DNA of 35,898 nt from a virus (lineage: Duplodnaviria; Caudoviricetes). The stretch lies in the IMG/VR virus record IMGVR_UViG_3300032257_000064, positions 1 through 35,898 of that record. One strand, written 5' to 3'. The stretch's first letter is position 1; each line of letters opens with the position of its first letter. A model generated the notes under the pieces. That model saw only the letters and a list, made by a program, of their open reading frames with translations, searched no databases and was not told where the DNA came from. The translations under genes and the position numbers were made by a program. Below are positions 16,617 through 25,894 of this stretch, piece by piece.

Positions 16617-16979
16617 ATGAGTGAACAAGCCGCAATTTATCAAACAAACAATGACGTGCCACTGACACTGGACGGTTTTAAAAACCTGCCCTGTGCGCTT
16701 CCTATAACGGATGAGCGCTACCAACGCCCCACCCCTGAACAAGTGGCGCAATTGATCAATCTGGCGGGCTGGTCGCAAAATGACGCGGCAAAACTGGTGG
16801 GGGTTAGCTGGGATACACGGCGCGGGTCATCCACGGTGCGCAAATGGAAAAGCGCCAAAGGCCACAAAGAACACCGTGAAATTCCCTATGCCACATGGCG
16901 GCTGCTGTTGATACTGGCCGATGTGGTCAGCACCCGTGCATCACTGGCGGCGATTTTAAAAAACCAATCGGACTGCTAA
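16617..16979 (+). CDS. KorC-like HTH transcriptional repressor
   Basis: PTPEQV...AGWSQNDAAKLVGV...STVRKW...IPYATWRLLL resembles the IncP KorC pattern (PT..EIR.VL..AGL...RTVRRW...IPYAAW), recalled from memory. Confidence 0.65.
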   Translation: MSEQAAIYQTNNDVPLTLDGFKNLPCALPITDERYQRPTPEQVAQLINLAGWSQNDAAKLVGVSWDTRRGSSTVRKWKSAKGHKEHREIPYATWRLLLILADVVSTRASLAAILKNQSDC

Positions 16980-17003
16980 AGGCGCGGCTGCGGCGCGCAG
17001 AAA
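16966..17003 (-). repeat. 38-bp inverted repeat, right
   Basis: AATCGGACTGCTAAAGGCGCGGCTGCGGCGCGCAGAAA. Contains the stop codon of the KorC-like gene. Confidence 0.95.
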
Positions 17004-17010
17004 ACCTGCT

Positions 17011-17346
17011 TTAACAATGCACGCGCTTCAAATCAAACGGGTTTAAAATATTGGCACACCACCAGTTTGCGCGCGCCAATCGCCAGCCGCTTGACTGGTT
17101 TTGGTGGCGCTGACAACGGTGTGTGAAAAACCATTCATGTGGCCGTTCACGAAAAAGCACAATGGCCACTGAACAATTAAACAGCACATTGGCCGCGCCG
17201 CCTATAAACAGCACCGGCGCAGCCAGCTTTTTCACCTTCTCTGATAAAAATTCTTTGTTGCGTTTCAGGTTCATGATGGCCAGATAATGCACCCAGGCAA
17301 AATAAAAAATAAACACCCCTGCCGCTAATAAATAAATTAAATTCAT
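17011..17346 (-). CDS. Conserved-type phage membrane protein
   Basis: Two hydrophobic segments and a W..C...L.PFD...HC C-terminus. AAGGA RBS. Confidence 0.7.
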   Translation of the reverse strand: MNLIYLLAAGVFIFYFAWVHYLAIMNLKRNKEFLSEKVKKLAAPVLFIGGAANVLFNCSVAIVLFRERPHEWFFTHRCQRHQNQSSGWRLARANWWCANILNPFDLKRVHC

Positions 17347-17428
17347 GCTTTTTTTCCTTTGTTGTGTAAAAAAAAGTAACGTTAAAAAATCGCGCCTGTC
17401 CTTACTCTGTCCGATTCACTCAAAACGA

Positions 17429-17457
17429 TTGTTTCGGCTAAATCAACTACCTATAAT
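17429..17457 (+). promoter_or_regulatory. Promoter for lipoprotein moron
   Basis: TTGTTT-17 bp-TATAAT upstream of the oppositely oriented gene. Confidence 0.5.
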
Positions 17458-17534
17458 GAAGACCATGATTCATACCGCTGAATGATCACAGCGTTTATAT
17501 TTAAGTCATGGATAGCAAACGGAAGGCAGGACAA

Positions 17535-18008
17535 ATGAAAACATTGTTGTGTGTATTGGCACTGATTATCATCACCGGTTGTGATGTCGATTCCAACAAC
17601 CACGGCTATGGTTTTGAATATGACACCATTACCAGCCTGGGCATTGAATACCGCAATGACGGCCATGATCAAAACGCCCTGACAGAAACTTTTTTAAATG
17701 ATCATTTTTTAAAGGTTTACAACTGCATTCGTTCTTATCAGTTATACAACAACACCCGCCCCGTTAATGAACCTGATTTTGCTATTAATTTAATGGTGGT
17801 CAGTGTCATGCAAATTGGCAACACCAGCAAAGAAGCCCAGCATTATTCAGACCCCAGTTTGATTGTGTTGCTGGATCGTGACAGTCCGTATCACACCACC
17901 AACACCGGCACCGCCTTAGACCATGAATACGTGCATTATATTTTGAAACAACTCACCGGCTGGTCATCACCTGAACATCATTCAGCCTATTTTAAATTGT
18001 GCGCTTAA
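17535..18008 (+). CDS. Lipoprotein with HExxH zinc-metallopeptidase motif (moron)
   Basis: Signal peptide and lipobox MKTLLCVLALIIITGC, motif LDHEYVH...H, AGGA RBS. Opposite strand to the tail genes. Confidence 0.7.
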   Translation: MKTLLCVLALIIITGCDVDSNNHGYGFEYDTITSLGIEYRNDGHDQNALTETFLNDHFLKVYNCIRSYQLYNNTRPVNEPDFAINLMVVSVMQIGNTSKEAQHYSDPSLIVLLDRDSPYHTTNTGTALDHEYVHYILKQLTGWSSPEHHSAYFKLCA

Positions 18009-18442
18009 AGTGCTAACGCGTTATTGATTTCGGTTTCATTGGCAGCTGACGCAATCAATGCTTTTTGTTCATCCCTTTTTTTTACCCGCGCCAACTTGGC
18101 AGCCGTGGCATCCATTAAAACTTGTTTGATTTGAGGTGGTGTGTATTGCCGCAACACCCCGTCAAACGTTTTGAACTCCTGATTGATTCCAGACATCACC
18201 GCGTTTGTTAAATCCTGAAGATCTTCAGGGTCAGCGGAATATTCAAAAGCGCCGGAAACAAACGGTTTTTTTAATGATTTTTTATATTGCTTTTCGATGA
18301 TCATAACCGCTTGCACCCGCAAATCATCCAGCATAAATGCCTGGCCTTTTGCGTCAGTCTTTAAGGTCACGTCAAAGCCGTTTTCAGCATCTCTGACAAT
18401 CACAGCATCAGCCGGTATAGGGTGTTTTTTATTAATAAACAT
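18005..18442 (-). CDS. Tail-fibre assembly chaperone-like protein (DUF4376-like)
   Basis: Follows J. YSADPEDLQDL...YTPPQIKQVL...I.SA pattern. ATG at 18442 with GGAG-free leader. Confidence 0.6.
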   Translation of the reverse strand: MFINKKHPIPADAVIVRDAENGFDVTLKTDAKGQAFMLDDLRVQAVMIIEKQYKKSLKKPFVSGAFEYSADPEDLQDLTNAVMSGINQEFKTFDGVLRQYTPPQIKQVLMDATAAKLARVKKRDEQKALIASAANETEINNALAL

Positions 18443-18444
18443 AA

Positions 18445-21400
18445 TTAAGGAGCCTGAAAAACAAACCATTCATTCAATAAAAGCGTAGCTGTGGCCGAAT
18501 AGATCGGCATGTAAACCGACAGCTCATAAGTGGGTGAACCCGTCAACAATGTCACATGATCATAAACCAGTGTTGTTGTCAGTTCCGTGGTGTTGTTGAT
18601 CACCGTCAGCGTGATCACGGTGCCATCTTTCACACAAATGAGGGTCAGGTCATCGCCGTTTGCAAAAGTGATTGAATAGGCCGATGTGTAAAGCGCCCCG
18701 CTGGTTCTTTTCCACACACCCAGCCTGCACACGCCGCCCGTGTAATCAAAAACAGCACCAAAACCACCATTGGCATCATAGCGGTTTCCAATGCCAACAT
18801 AGCCATCATAAGTGGCCGATAATCCGGCAAATATTGCCCGCGTTTTAAAACCCATTGTTTTATCAAAGTTGATTGGCACCACACGGGTGCTGATCGGTTT
18901 AACAAAATAACGCGTGCTGCTGTCATTGGCCGCTGACACAAGAACGCCGTCTTCATCAATCGTTGTGTTCGTTGATAAAAAACCATCCAGTGTTAAAAAA
19001 TCAATCCGGTAATAAAGCCCCGTGTTTGAAAAATAATCCACCGCATCAATCGGGTTGCCCCCCGCATCCAATAAATTGCCATCAACCTGCGCACCCAGGG
19101 TGGCATTGTCTGCTGGTTTACCTGCACCGCCCACGCCTGACCATTGCGCTGTGTTTCCCAGGTTCGCGCCATCGGTTAACTGGTTGGTGTTGGTGGTAAG
19201 GTTTGCATTATCTTGCGGTTTACCTGACCCGCCCACCCCTGACCATTGCGCGGTGTTACCCAGCCCCGCGCCATCGGTTAACTGGTTGGTGTTGGTGGTA
19301 AGGTTTGCATTATCTTGCGGTTTACCTGACCCGCCCACCCCTGACCATTGCGCGGTGTTACCCAGCCCCGCGCCATCGGTTAACTGGTTAGTGTTGGTGG
19401 TAAGGTTTGCATTATCTGCCGGTTTACCTGACCCGCCAATTTGTGATGACCAGTCAACCGTGCCCGATAAATCACCCGCCGTCACCGGACTGGGTGAACC
19501 CAGAATGCCGCCAATAGGATTACCAGGGAAAATATCAGAGCCGTTGCCGGTGGTGTCTCTGGCGATCAACCAATAGTATTTATTGGCCGTGGTGGGGTGC
19601 GTGAACGCGCCCACTCTAACGCCGCTTTCTTCACCGCCTTTGTCCGTGCCCACAATGGCTGACAAGGTGAAATTGTTGGTGCTGGCGGCGTGAATTTCAA
19701 CGTGTGAAAAATCCAGATCAACCGGATTGATCCAGTCAAGATGCACCGCATTGACACCAGACAACGCTGACAAAGCGGATGGTTCACCAGGGGCTTCAGT
19801 TTTGCCGACCACCACATGTGCTTTGGTGAACGGTGTTTTTGTTTTTCTGCCAAAGGCATTGAACGTGGTGATTTTTACCGTGTAACTTTGCTCATCTTCA
19901 GCCGGTGAAATAAAGAATTCATTATTGGTGCGACCATACAATGTGGTCAGTGTGGTGTAGTTGGTTTCACTGGTTTTTTTGTACTCAACAATATAGCCGG
20001 TCACGTACTCATCAACCGCCACCGCAATCACACCTTTCACGCGTGACACAATGCTGCCGTCTTTCATTTTCAACAGCGTTGCCGTGCCTGATGTAAACGC
20101 AATATCCGTGACGGTGCCAACGGTTAACGGGTTGTATAAAATCGAATCATTCGCGGGCACTTTTTCTTTTGGCAGTGTCGCATCATGATTGTCGCTGACA
20201 TAACCTTTGAGAAAAACACGCACTTCATTATTATTATTTAAAACCGTTTTATGAACTCTGAATAATTTATCAACCCAGCCTTTTTGAATCCGGCTGACTT
20301 TGACAATACTGCCCACGGTTAAATCAACTGCATCCCCTTGAATAATTTTATCTTCAACGCGGATGCCCGTGCGGCCACTGTCTAAAATCATGTCACCATG
20401 ACGCAATGCCCTGTATCGGTTATTTTCAAAAAGGTTGCCCACCACCTGACTGGATTCAATGCCGTTGTCTTCTGCCAGATAAACTGCGTTATCAATTTGA
20501 AAATTGGCTTTGCGGTAATTGATGCGCGGGTCATTAATCTCATAATAAATCACGTTATTTTTTTCAGTGGCTGACAACGGCATCACAGAAAATTCACCTT
20601 CTGTGTTGTTCTCGTCAATCGTATAGACTGACGTTTCATTGGGTTGTTGTAAAATCAAATGGTGCTGACCAGAATAGCGCGGGTAAAAAGCGCGCATGTT
20701 AAACAGCACTTTTTCAACGTTACTTTTCACGCTGTCATCAGTGGATATGGCACCGTTAAATTCATAACGGTTGATAGTGGATGGCGTTTCAGCATTATCA
20801 CCCACACCGGTGCCGTCATGGTCGGTGATCTGTTCATCACAACGATCAGCGCCGCTTTTAATCAGATCAAGATTGATTTTTGCGTCAGGTAAGTTTTTGC
20901 CATAGATCGGGTTTTTTGACAGGTCGTTAACTATTAATGCGCAGTTAGCTGACCACTCGGTGACAGACGTTCTGGGATCAAATAATTTTTTACCTTTAAC
21001 AATAAACGCCGGTTTGGGTTCGCCTGACCAGACTTCATCTTTGGCGTATTTTAAAACAACGTAACAGACCCCCGCGCCTTTGTGATTGGCCGTCCAAAGC
21101 GTTGGAAATTTTTCTATTAAAGTAGGATCAGCGGTTTGCGTGGCGGTGCCGTTATAAAAACCCACCACGTCAACCAGCCCTGAATAATTTGATCCGGTGT
21201 AGGGTTCACCGTTTTTGAAGGTAATATCAACCAGTGAATCACATTCCCCTTCACCCAGGGCATACACCACATATAAACTGGATGTTTCAGCGTCATCAAT
21301 GCGCCTGAACATCGGAATGCCTTTGGTGCGCGTGGTGCCGTACAGCACCGGCAGCCGCCTGAACGCTGACGGGTATTTGATCAGGTTATGTGATGCTTCC

Positions 21401-22104
21401 TGCTTGGCCATTGTCTGACCACCACCACCCCCCCCGCCGCCAAAAATACTGCCCAAGCCATCCAGAACACCGCCGATCAATTCACCGGCGTTGTTAAGCA
21501 AATCAGCGCCCGCATCAATCAAACCATCAATCAACGGGTTGCCGGTCAGCCCTTCATTGACGCTTTCCCAGTCTTCAAGCCGGTCATCGGTTACGCCGAT
21601 GTATTCAAAAAACACGTCCGTGTCATCACCGCTGGTGGCCTGATGCCCTTCCAGTGATAAAATGCGCCCGTTTTTTTGCTGCCAGTTTGCCCAGTGGCTG
21701 GCGCATTTCCAGCTGATGTCAGCCTTGCCGGTTTTCCAGTTTTCTTTTGACGGTGCGTTTTGAATGTAACCTTCCCAAACAATCTGCGCTTCATCCACCC
21801 CTTCCACATACAGCCACTGCGTGACTTCACGGTTCAGGTAATTTTCAGCCGTGGTCAGCGCGTGTTCTGCCAGTGATACACCGGACATGGGTATATCAAT
21901 GGTGCCAGGCACCATGCCCAGTTCATCACTTAAATCTGGCAAGATGCCCATCACTGAACTGGGCACAAAAACTTCACCACCGTGTGTGATGGGGCGGGGC
22001 GCAGTGGTAAATAATAACGGCGATGAAAAACCAAATTTAACCAGCCGGTATGTGGTGGCACCCGCTGCCAGTGCTGCCAAAGCCGCCGGACTAAAACCGC
22101 GCAT
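18445..22104 (-). CDS. Tail tip protein: hub-like N-terminus fused to J-like host-specificity protein with FN3-like domains and repeats
   Basis: LPVLYG, ALGEGE, VKGKKLFDPRT, VVGKTEAP and LDFSHVEIH motifs. 1219 aa, after Dit. Confidence 0.85.
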   Translation of the reverse strand: MRGFSPAALAALAAGATTYRLVKFGFSSPLLFTTAPRPITHGGEVFVPSSVMGILPDLSDELGMVPGTIDIPMSGVSLAEHALTTAENYLNREVTQWLYVEGVDEAQIVWEGYIQNAPSKENWKTGKADISWKCASHWANWQQKNGRILSLEGHQATSGDDTDVFFEYIGVTDDRLEDWESVNEGLTGNPLIDGLIDAGADLLNNAGELIGGVLDGLGSIFGGGGGGGGQTMAKQEASHNLIKYPSAFRRLPVLYGTTRTKGIPMFRRIDDAETSSLYVVYALGEGECDSLVDITFKNGEPYTGSNYSGLVDVVGFYNGTATQTADPTLIEKFPTLWTANHKGAGVCYVVLKYAKDEVWSGEPKPAFIVKGKKLFDPRTSVTEWSANCALIVNDLSKNPIYGKNLPDAKINLDLIKSGADRCDEQITDHDGTGVGDNAETPSTINRYEFNGAISTDDSVKSNVEKVLFNMRAFYPRYSGQHHLILQQPNETSVYTIDENNTEGEFSVMPLSATEKNNVIYYEINDPRINYRKANFQIDNAVYLAEDNGIESSQVVGNLFENNRYRALRHGDMILDSGRTGIRVEDKIIQGDAVDLTVGSIVKVSRIQKGWVDKLFRVHKTVLNNNNEVRVFLKGYVSDNHDATLPKEKVPANDSILYNPLTVGTVTDIAFTSGTATLLKMKDGSIVSRVKGVIAVAVDEYVTGYIVEYKKTSETNYTTLTTLYGRTNNEFFISPAEDEQSYTVKITTFNAFGRKTKTPFTKAHVVVGKTEAPGEPSALSALSGVNAVHLDWINPVDLDFSHVEIHAASTNNFTLSAIVGTDKGGEESGVRVGAFTHPTTANKYYWLIARDTTGNGSDIFPGNPIGGILGSPSPVTAGDLSGTVDWSSQIGGSGKPADNANLTTNTNQLTDGAGLGNTAQWSGVGGSGKPQDNANLTTNTNQLTDGAGLGNTAQWSGVGGSGKPQDNANLTTNTNQLTDGANLGNTAQWSGVGGAGKPADNATLGAQVDGNLLDAGGNPIDAVDYFSNTGLYYRIDFLTLDGFLSTNTTIDEDGVLVSAANDSSTRYFVKPISTRVVPINFDKTMGFKTRAIFAGLSATYDGYVGIGNRYDANGGFGAVFDYTGGVCRLGVWKRTSGALYTSAYSITFANGDDLTLICVKDGTVITLTVINNTTELTTTLVYDHVTLLTGSPTYELSVYMPIYSATATLLLNEWFVFQAP
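19101..19440 (-). repeat. Three-plus tandem 102-bp (34-aa) repeats in the tail tip gene
   Basis: GKP(A/Q)DNANLTTNTNQLTDGA(G/N)LGNTAQWSGVGG(S/A) three times. CCATCGGTTAACTGG recurs at 102-bp spacing. Confidence 0.95.
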
Positions 22105-22712
22105 TATAGACTTTCCTCAAGTTCGCATTCATAGCGGTATTTTTTAGGGTTGCTGGTGTTGAATTTTTGAATGGTGCCAATGAACGCCACTGAAAAACTG
22201 GGCTTGTTAACCACCACCGCATCATTATCAGCAAAGTCATCAATGGTTTCAGGGCGAAACGTCACCACCGTGTTGCCGTTTATATCGGTGTCTGAATTGC
22301 GGGTGATCTGATGCATTTTTGCCGATGATGCCACCGTGAAAAAATCATTGATTTTAAATTTGTCCACCACGTTTGGGGTTAAGCCATCAATTGAAAAAGA
22401 CGTGGCACCAGCGGGCACGCCACCAGGGGCATTCACTTTGGCCGTGGTTTCGGTAGCTAGACCCACGCCGCGATTATCCAGCGGGTACTGAAACTGAAAC
22501 GTTTCTGATGCGTCATTTTCCATTTGAAAGCCCCAGACAGGGGCAAAGGTATCAATGAACATGGGGGGAAACTTTAAAGCCAGCCGCCACAAATGGCCGC
22601 CTAATTTTCGCGCGTGCCGTCTGGCGGTGTTGGATGTGCCCACAAACGCATATTGTTCTGATTCAACATCAACTGTTTTGGGTATCGGGGATACAGGAAA
22701 TTGACCGGACAT
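22104..22712 (-). CDS. Distal tail (Dit-like) protein
   Basis: Between TMP and tip. W.L.L.FPPM and terminal ELEESL pattern. Confidence 0.65.
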   Translation of the reverse strand: MSGQFPVSPIPKTVDVESEQYAFVGTSNTARRHARKLGGHLWRLALKFPPMFIDTFAPVWGFQMENDASETFQFQYPLDNRGVGLATETTAKVNAPGGVPAGATSFSIDGLTPNVVDKFKINDFFTVASSAKMHQITRNSDTDINGNTVVTFRPETIDDFADNDAVVVNKPSFSVAFIGTIQKFNTSNPKKYRYECELEESL

Positions 22713-22772
22713 TCATCAGCCTTTAAAAAAGAGTTAAAAAAAAATGAAAATTAATTTGAAAAAAACAGAGAA

Positions 22773-24668
22773 CTAAAAAGCCATCGTGCGTTCATTCATC
22801 ATGTCAGTGAAGGCATTAAACAAGACCGCTTTGTTTCGGCTTACCCAGTCACTGATTTGTGAATCCGGTGCCATGTTCACGTTCACATTGAAATTATTGC
22901 CGCCCCCTTCACCAGGTTGCGTGGCATTGACTATGTTGTTTCTGACTTTCTCTGACGTACCAGAATCCAGCACCATTTCATTGCGCTTTAAAACAAACGT
23001 GCCTTCATTGGCCGCCCGATCCAGACCGGCATGCGCCTGACCGCCAAACGATTGCGCCCGAATTTTGGCCACCTGAAACAGACCTGCCGCCCCCTGTGCA
23101 GCCGCTAACGGAATATTGAACGGATACGGCACGGAAGCCATTGTTTTGGTCACGCCCAGATAGGTGTTAATTAATGCCTGCGAAATGGCCGCTGTTTTTC
23201 CCAGCTTAAATAGTTTTTTATTTTTGGAACCGGTCAGCGCGGCAATGTCACCCAGCGCGCCCTGCACCCCACTGATGGCAGCGGCTTTTCTTAAATCGTT
23301 TTGCTGTTTACTGAAACGGGTTTTGGCTTCCTCGTATTGCGTGTAATTCAGCAAGCCCTGTTGATAAGCGCTTTCAATGGTCAGTAAAGAATTGGTTTCA
23401 TGCTGCGCAATTTTTTCTTCTTTGGTCATTAAGGCCGCGTCCAGCTTGGCCATGTCGGCTGCAACCTGTTCATCTGTACCGATCACACCGGTGGCAACCG
23501 CACCGGCAACCGGTGCATCAATCGTGGTGGCCACGGTCACGGCTGCACTTTCAGCCGCCGCCGCTTTTACCTTGGCAACATACGCATCAATTTTGTCACC
23601 GGCCTTGCCGAGATTGCCCACCATTGACACCAGAGCATCACCTTCATCCGCTAACGACTGATTGAAGCCCTGGGTCATGTGATCCATTAATTCAGCACCA
23701 GCGGCAAATGATTTAGAACCTAAACCGATACTGGTCAATAATTTGTTGGTTTCGCCTGCCGCCTGATAAATTTCATTAAAGATATTGAGAACAGCCGCAC
23801 CCGCGCCAATCACCCCCACCTTCAGGGTCTGCCAGCCGACTTGTAAGCGTTCAACCGCCCACAACACACCCTTGACACCAAATAGCGCTTTATCCATTGC
23901 AGATGATGCGATGTTGCCAAAGCCGCCCGCATTCGCGGCCATCTGTAATAACTCTGAAGAACCGGCTTTGATATACGGCGACAATTCAACCGCCACGGAA
24001 TTGCCCACACCATCAATCAATGATGATGCGCGTTTGAATTCGTCATTGGCTTCTTTGACTTTAACCGCATCCACATTGTTCAGTGCCTGACCGGTTAAGA
24101 TGGCTTCCTGACTGAGTGTTTTTAATTTCGCCGCGTCATTGTCTAATAACGGAATTAACAGCGAAGCATCAGAAGCTAAGGATTCTAAAATCAATACCTT
24201 TTCAGACTGGGTGCCCACATCACCCATCGCCGCTGCAATTTTTAATAATTGCTGATCCGGTGACAGGTTGGCCAGATCATTCAAATCAAGATTTAATTTT
24301 TCAATGACATCCAGCGCTTCACCGCCACCGGTCAATAACGCATCACCGATTTTTTCACTGACATCTTTGAAAATGTCAGCCATCTTGTCACCTTCGATGT
24401 TCACGGTTTTGGCCGCGTGTTGCCAGGCCATTAATTCTTGCGCTGACATCCTAAGTGCTTGCGCATAATTAACCGCTTCCGTGGTCGCGTCTGCACTGGC
24501 TTTGGTCATAGCACCAAAGCCGCCCACACCGACTGCCGTTAACACCGCGCCTTTAACAGAAAAAACGGCCTGTTTAACAGAATCAAAATCTTTCTTGATC
24601 GAAGCTGCCGCCGCTGACACTTTGTTTTCAGCGGTGATAACAACTTTTTCAACAACTTTGCGCGCCAT
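22773..24668 (-). CDS. Tail tape measure protein
   Basis: 631 aa, Ala-rich helical, LSPDQQL motif and C-terminal AHAG...EMVL. Position fits. Confidence 0.9.
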   Translation of the reverse strand: MARKVVEKVVITAENKVSAAAASIKKDFDSVKQAVFSVKGAVLTAVGVGGFGAMTKASADATTEAVNYAQALRMSAQELMAWQHAAKTVNIEGDKMADIFKDVSEKIGDALLTGGGEALDVIEKLNLDLNDLANLSPDQQLLKIAAAMGDVGTQSEKVLILESLASDASLLIPLLDNDAAKLKTLSQEAILTGQALNNVDAVKVKEANDEFKRASSLIDGVGNSVAVELSPYIKAGSSELLQMAANAGGFGNIASSAMDKALFGVKGVLWAVERLQVGWQTLKVGVIGAGAAVLNIFNEIYQAAGETNKLLTSIGLGSKSFAAGAELMDHMTQGFNQSLADEGDALVSMVGNLGKAGDKIDAYVAKVKAAAAESAAVTVATTIDAPVAGAVATGVIGTDEQVAADMAKLDAALMTKEEKIAQHETNSLLTIESAYQQGLLNYTQYEEAKTRFSKQQNDLRKAAAISGVQGALGDIAALTGSKNKKLFKLGKTAAISQALINTYLGVTKTMASVPYPFNIPLAAAQGAAGLFQVAKIRAQSFGGQAHAGLDRAANEGTFVLKRNEMVLDSGTSEKVRNNIVNATQPGEGGGNNFNVNVNMAPDSQISDWVSRNKAVLFNAFTDMMNERTMAF

Positions 24669-24671
24669 GAT

Positions 24672-25391
24672 TTACCTTGCTGTTTTTAATGCAAAGGCCA
24701 GAGCCTTATTAAATTGATTTGAAAATTCACGCTTGATGGTTTTTTTGGCCACACCCTGAAAATCAAAGCGGGCTTTATAACGCGGGGCTTTCACAAAAAT
24801 AAACAGTAACGCCGCGCCGCCGTTTTTTAATTTGTTAACATCCCAGATGCCATGCACACCACTGATGATGCCGGAGAAATATTTGCCAGCGGTTCTGCCG
24901 CGTGGCGATCCTTTATAATCATTTTGTGCGCTGTCACGCTGGGCAGACAAACCCGATAATATTTTTTGAATCTGACCTTGCGAGACATTACCGGCCTGAT
25001 TTTTTTTAATAATGCGCGTCGGCACCGCAAACATATTGGCAGGCATCATGCCTTTTTCAATCAGCCGGTTTTCAAATCCTTTGTGCCGACGTGCCCCGCC
25101 CTTGATTTGTGCTTCAAGGTATTTTGAAACCGGTGTGCCTTTGTCGGTTTCATCCTTGACTTTGACTTCAGCAGACAAGCGGGCTTTGGTGGCTGGAATC
25201 ACAAACGTGGCATTTTTAGTGCGCGCGGTTGGACTATCAAACACTTTTTTAATTTCCCGATGTTCTTCCTTTTGCACTTCCTGTGCGGTTCGGGTCAATG
25301 CCAGTGCCGTGGCAAACGTGGTTTGCTTTGGCAGCTGTTTCATCAGCCGGTCAATATTTTTTGTTGAATATTTAACATCGACTGACATCAT
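24672..25391 (-). CDS. Tail completion / minor tail protein (gpZ/HK97 gp10-like)
   Basis: Basic protein with QTTFATALALTRTA...FDSPT..T and Y..RFDF motifs. Confidence 0.65.
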   Translation of the reverse strand: MMSVDVKYSTKNIDRLMKQLPKQTTFATALALTRTAQEVQKEEHREIKKVFDSPTARTKNATFVIPATKARLSAEVKVKDETDKGTPVSKYLEAQIKGGARRHKGFENRLIEKGMMPANMFAVPTRIIKKNQAGNVSQGQIQKILSGLSAQRDSAQNDYKGSPRGRTAGKYFSGIISGVHGIWDVNKLKNGGAALLFIFVKAPRYKARFDFQGVAKKTIKREFSNQFNKALAFALKTAR

Positions 25392-25396
25392 GACAA

Positions 25397-25540
25397 TTAA
25401 TCACCCTGTAATGATTCGATATAAACAACCCAGTATCTGTATTCATGCTCGGTCATTTCCAAAATTTCAGACACGGTTTTTTTGAGTCTATAGGCCAGAA
25501 AAAAAACTGTGTAAATTAACTGGTCGTTTTCGAGTTTCCC
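25397..25540 (-). CDS. gpT-like extension reached by -1 frameshift (gpGT)
   Basis: Slippery G GGA AAC at 25540-25534. The -1 frame reads KLENDQLIYTVFFLAYRLKKTVSEILEMTEHEYRYWVVYIESLQGD* and has no obvious RBS/ATG at its start. Confidence 0.8.
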   Translation of the reverse strand, partial: GKLENDQLIYTVFFLAYRLKKTVSEILEMTEHEYRYWVVYIESLQGD

Positions 25541-25875
25541 GCGTAATCGACCTCATCACTTTTCATGGTCTTGCGCATATCCATCACAATGTTTGACAGT
25601 TCTTCAGAAGAAAAATTGCGCATCAAAATCTGTTTATCAGCAACCGTGAAAAGCTTTTCACCTTCACCATTCATAAGCTTTCTGATAATTGTATACGCCA
25701 CCGTTTCACCATTAAAAACAGAATGCTTTTCAATCCAGTCTGAATCAGCCAGCGTGAACTGATTAAAAAAAACATCAATCCCCCAGGCTTCAACAAACAT
25801 ACTAAAAGTATTATTATCTTTTAGTATCTGATCAAAAATAGGATTTCTGTTTTTATCTTTTTTAGCTCTTGCCAT
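25516..25875 (-). CDS. Tail assembly chaperone gpG
   Basis: Between tail tube and TMP. GEKLFTVADK motif, and ends AGNSKTTS at the slippery site. Confidence 0.8.
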   Translation of the reverse strand: MARAKKDKNRNPIFDQILKDNNTFSMFVEAWGIDVFFNQFTLADSDWIEKHSVFNGETVAYTIIRKLMNGEGEKLFTVADKQILMRNFSSEELSNIVMDMRKTMKSDEVDYAGNSKTTS

Positions 25876-25894
25876 ACATCACCCCAGGGTAAAA

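Noticed and set aside
15975-17006. Autonomous IS or Tn3-family transposon
   Set aside because: No transposase or resolvase inside, ends lack the Tn3 GGGG terminus, and no clear target-site duplication.
19101-19440. CRISPR array or DGR template/variable repeats
   Set aside because: The repeats are contiguous, in frame and have no spacers. Differences are not adenine-specific, and no reverse transcriptase or cas operon is present.
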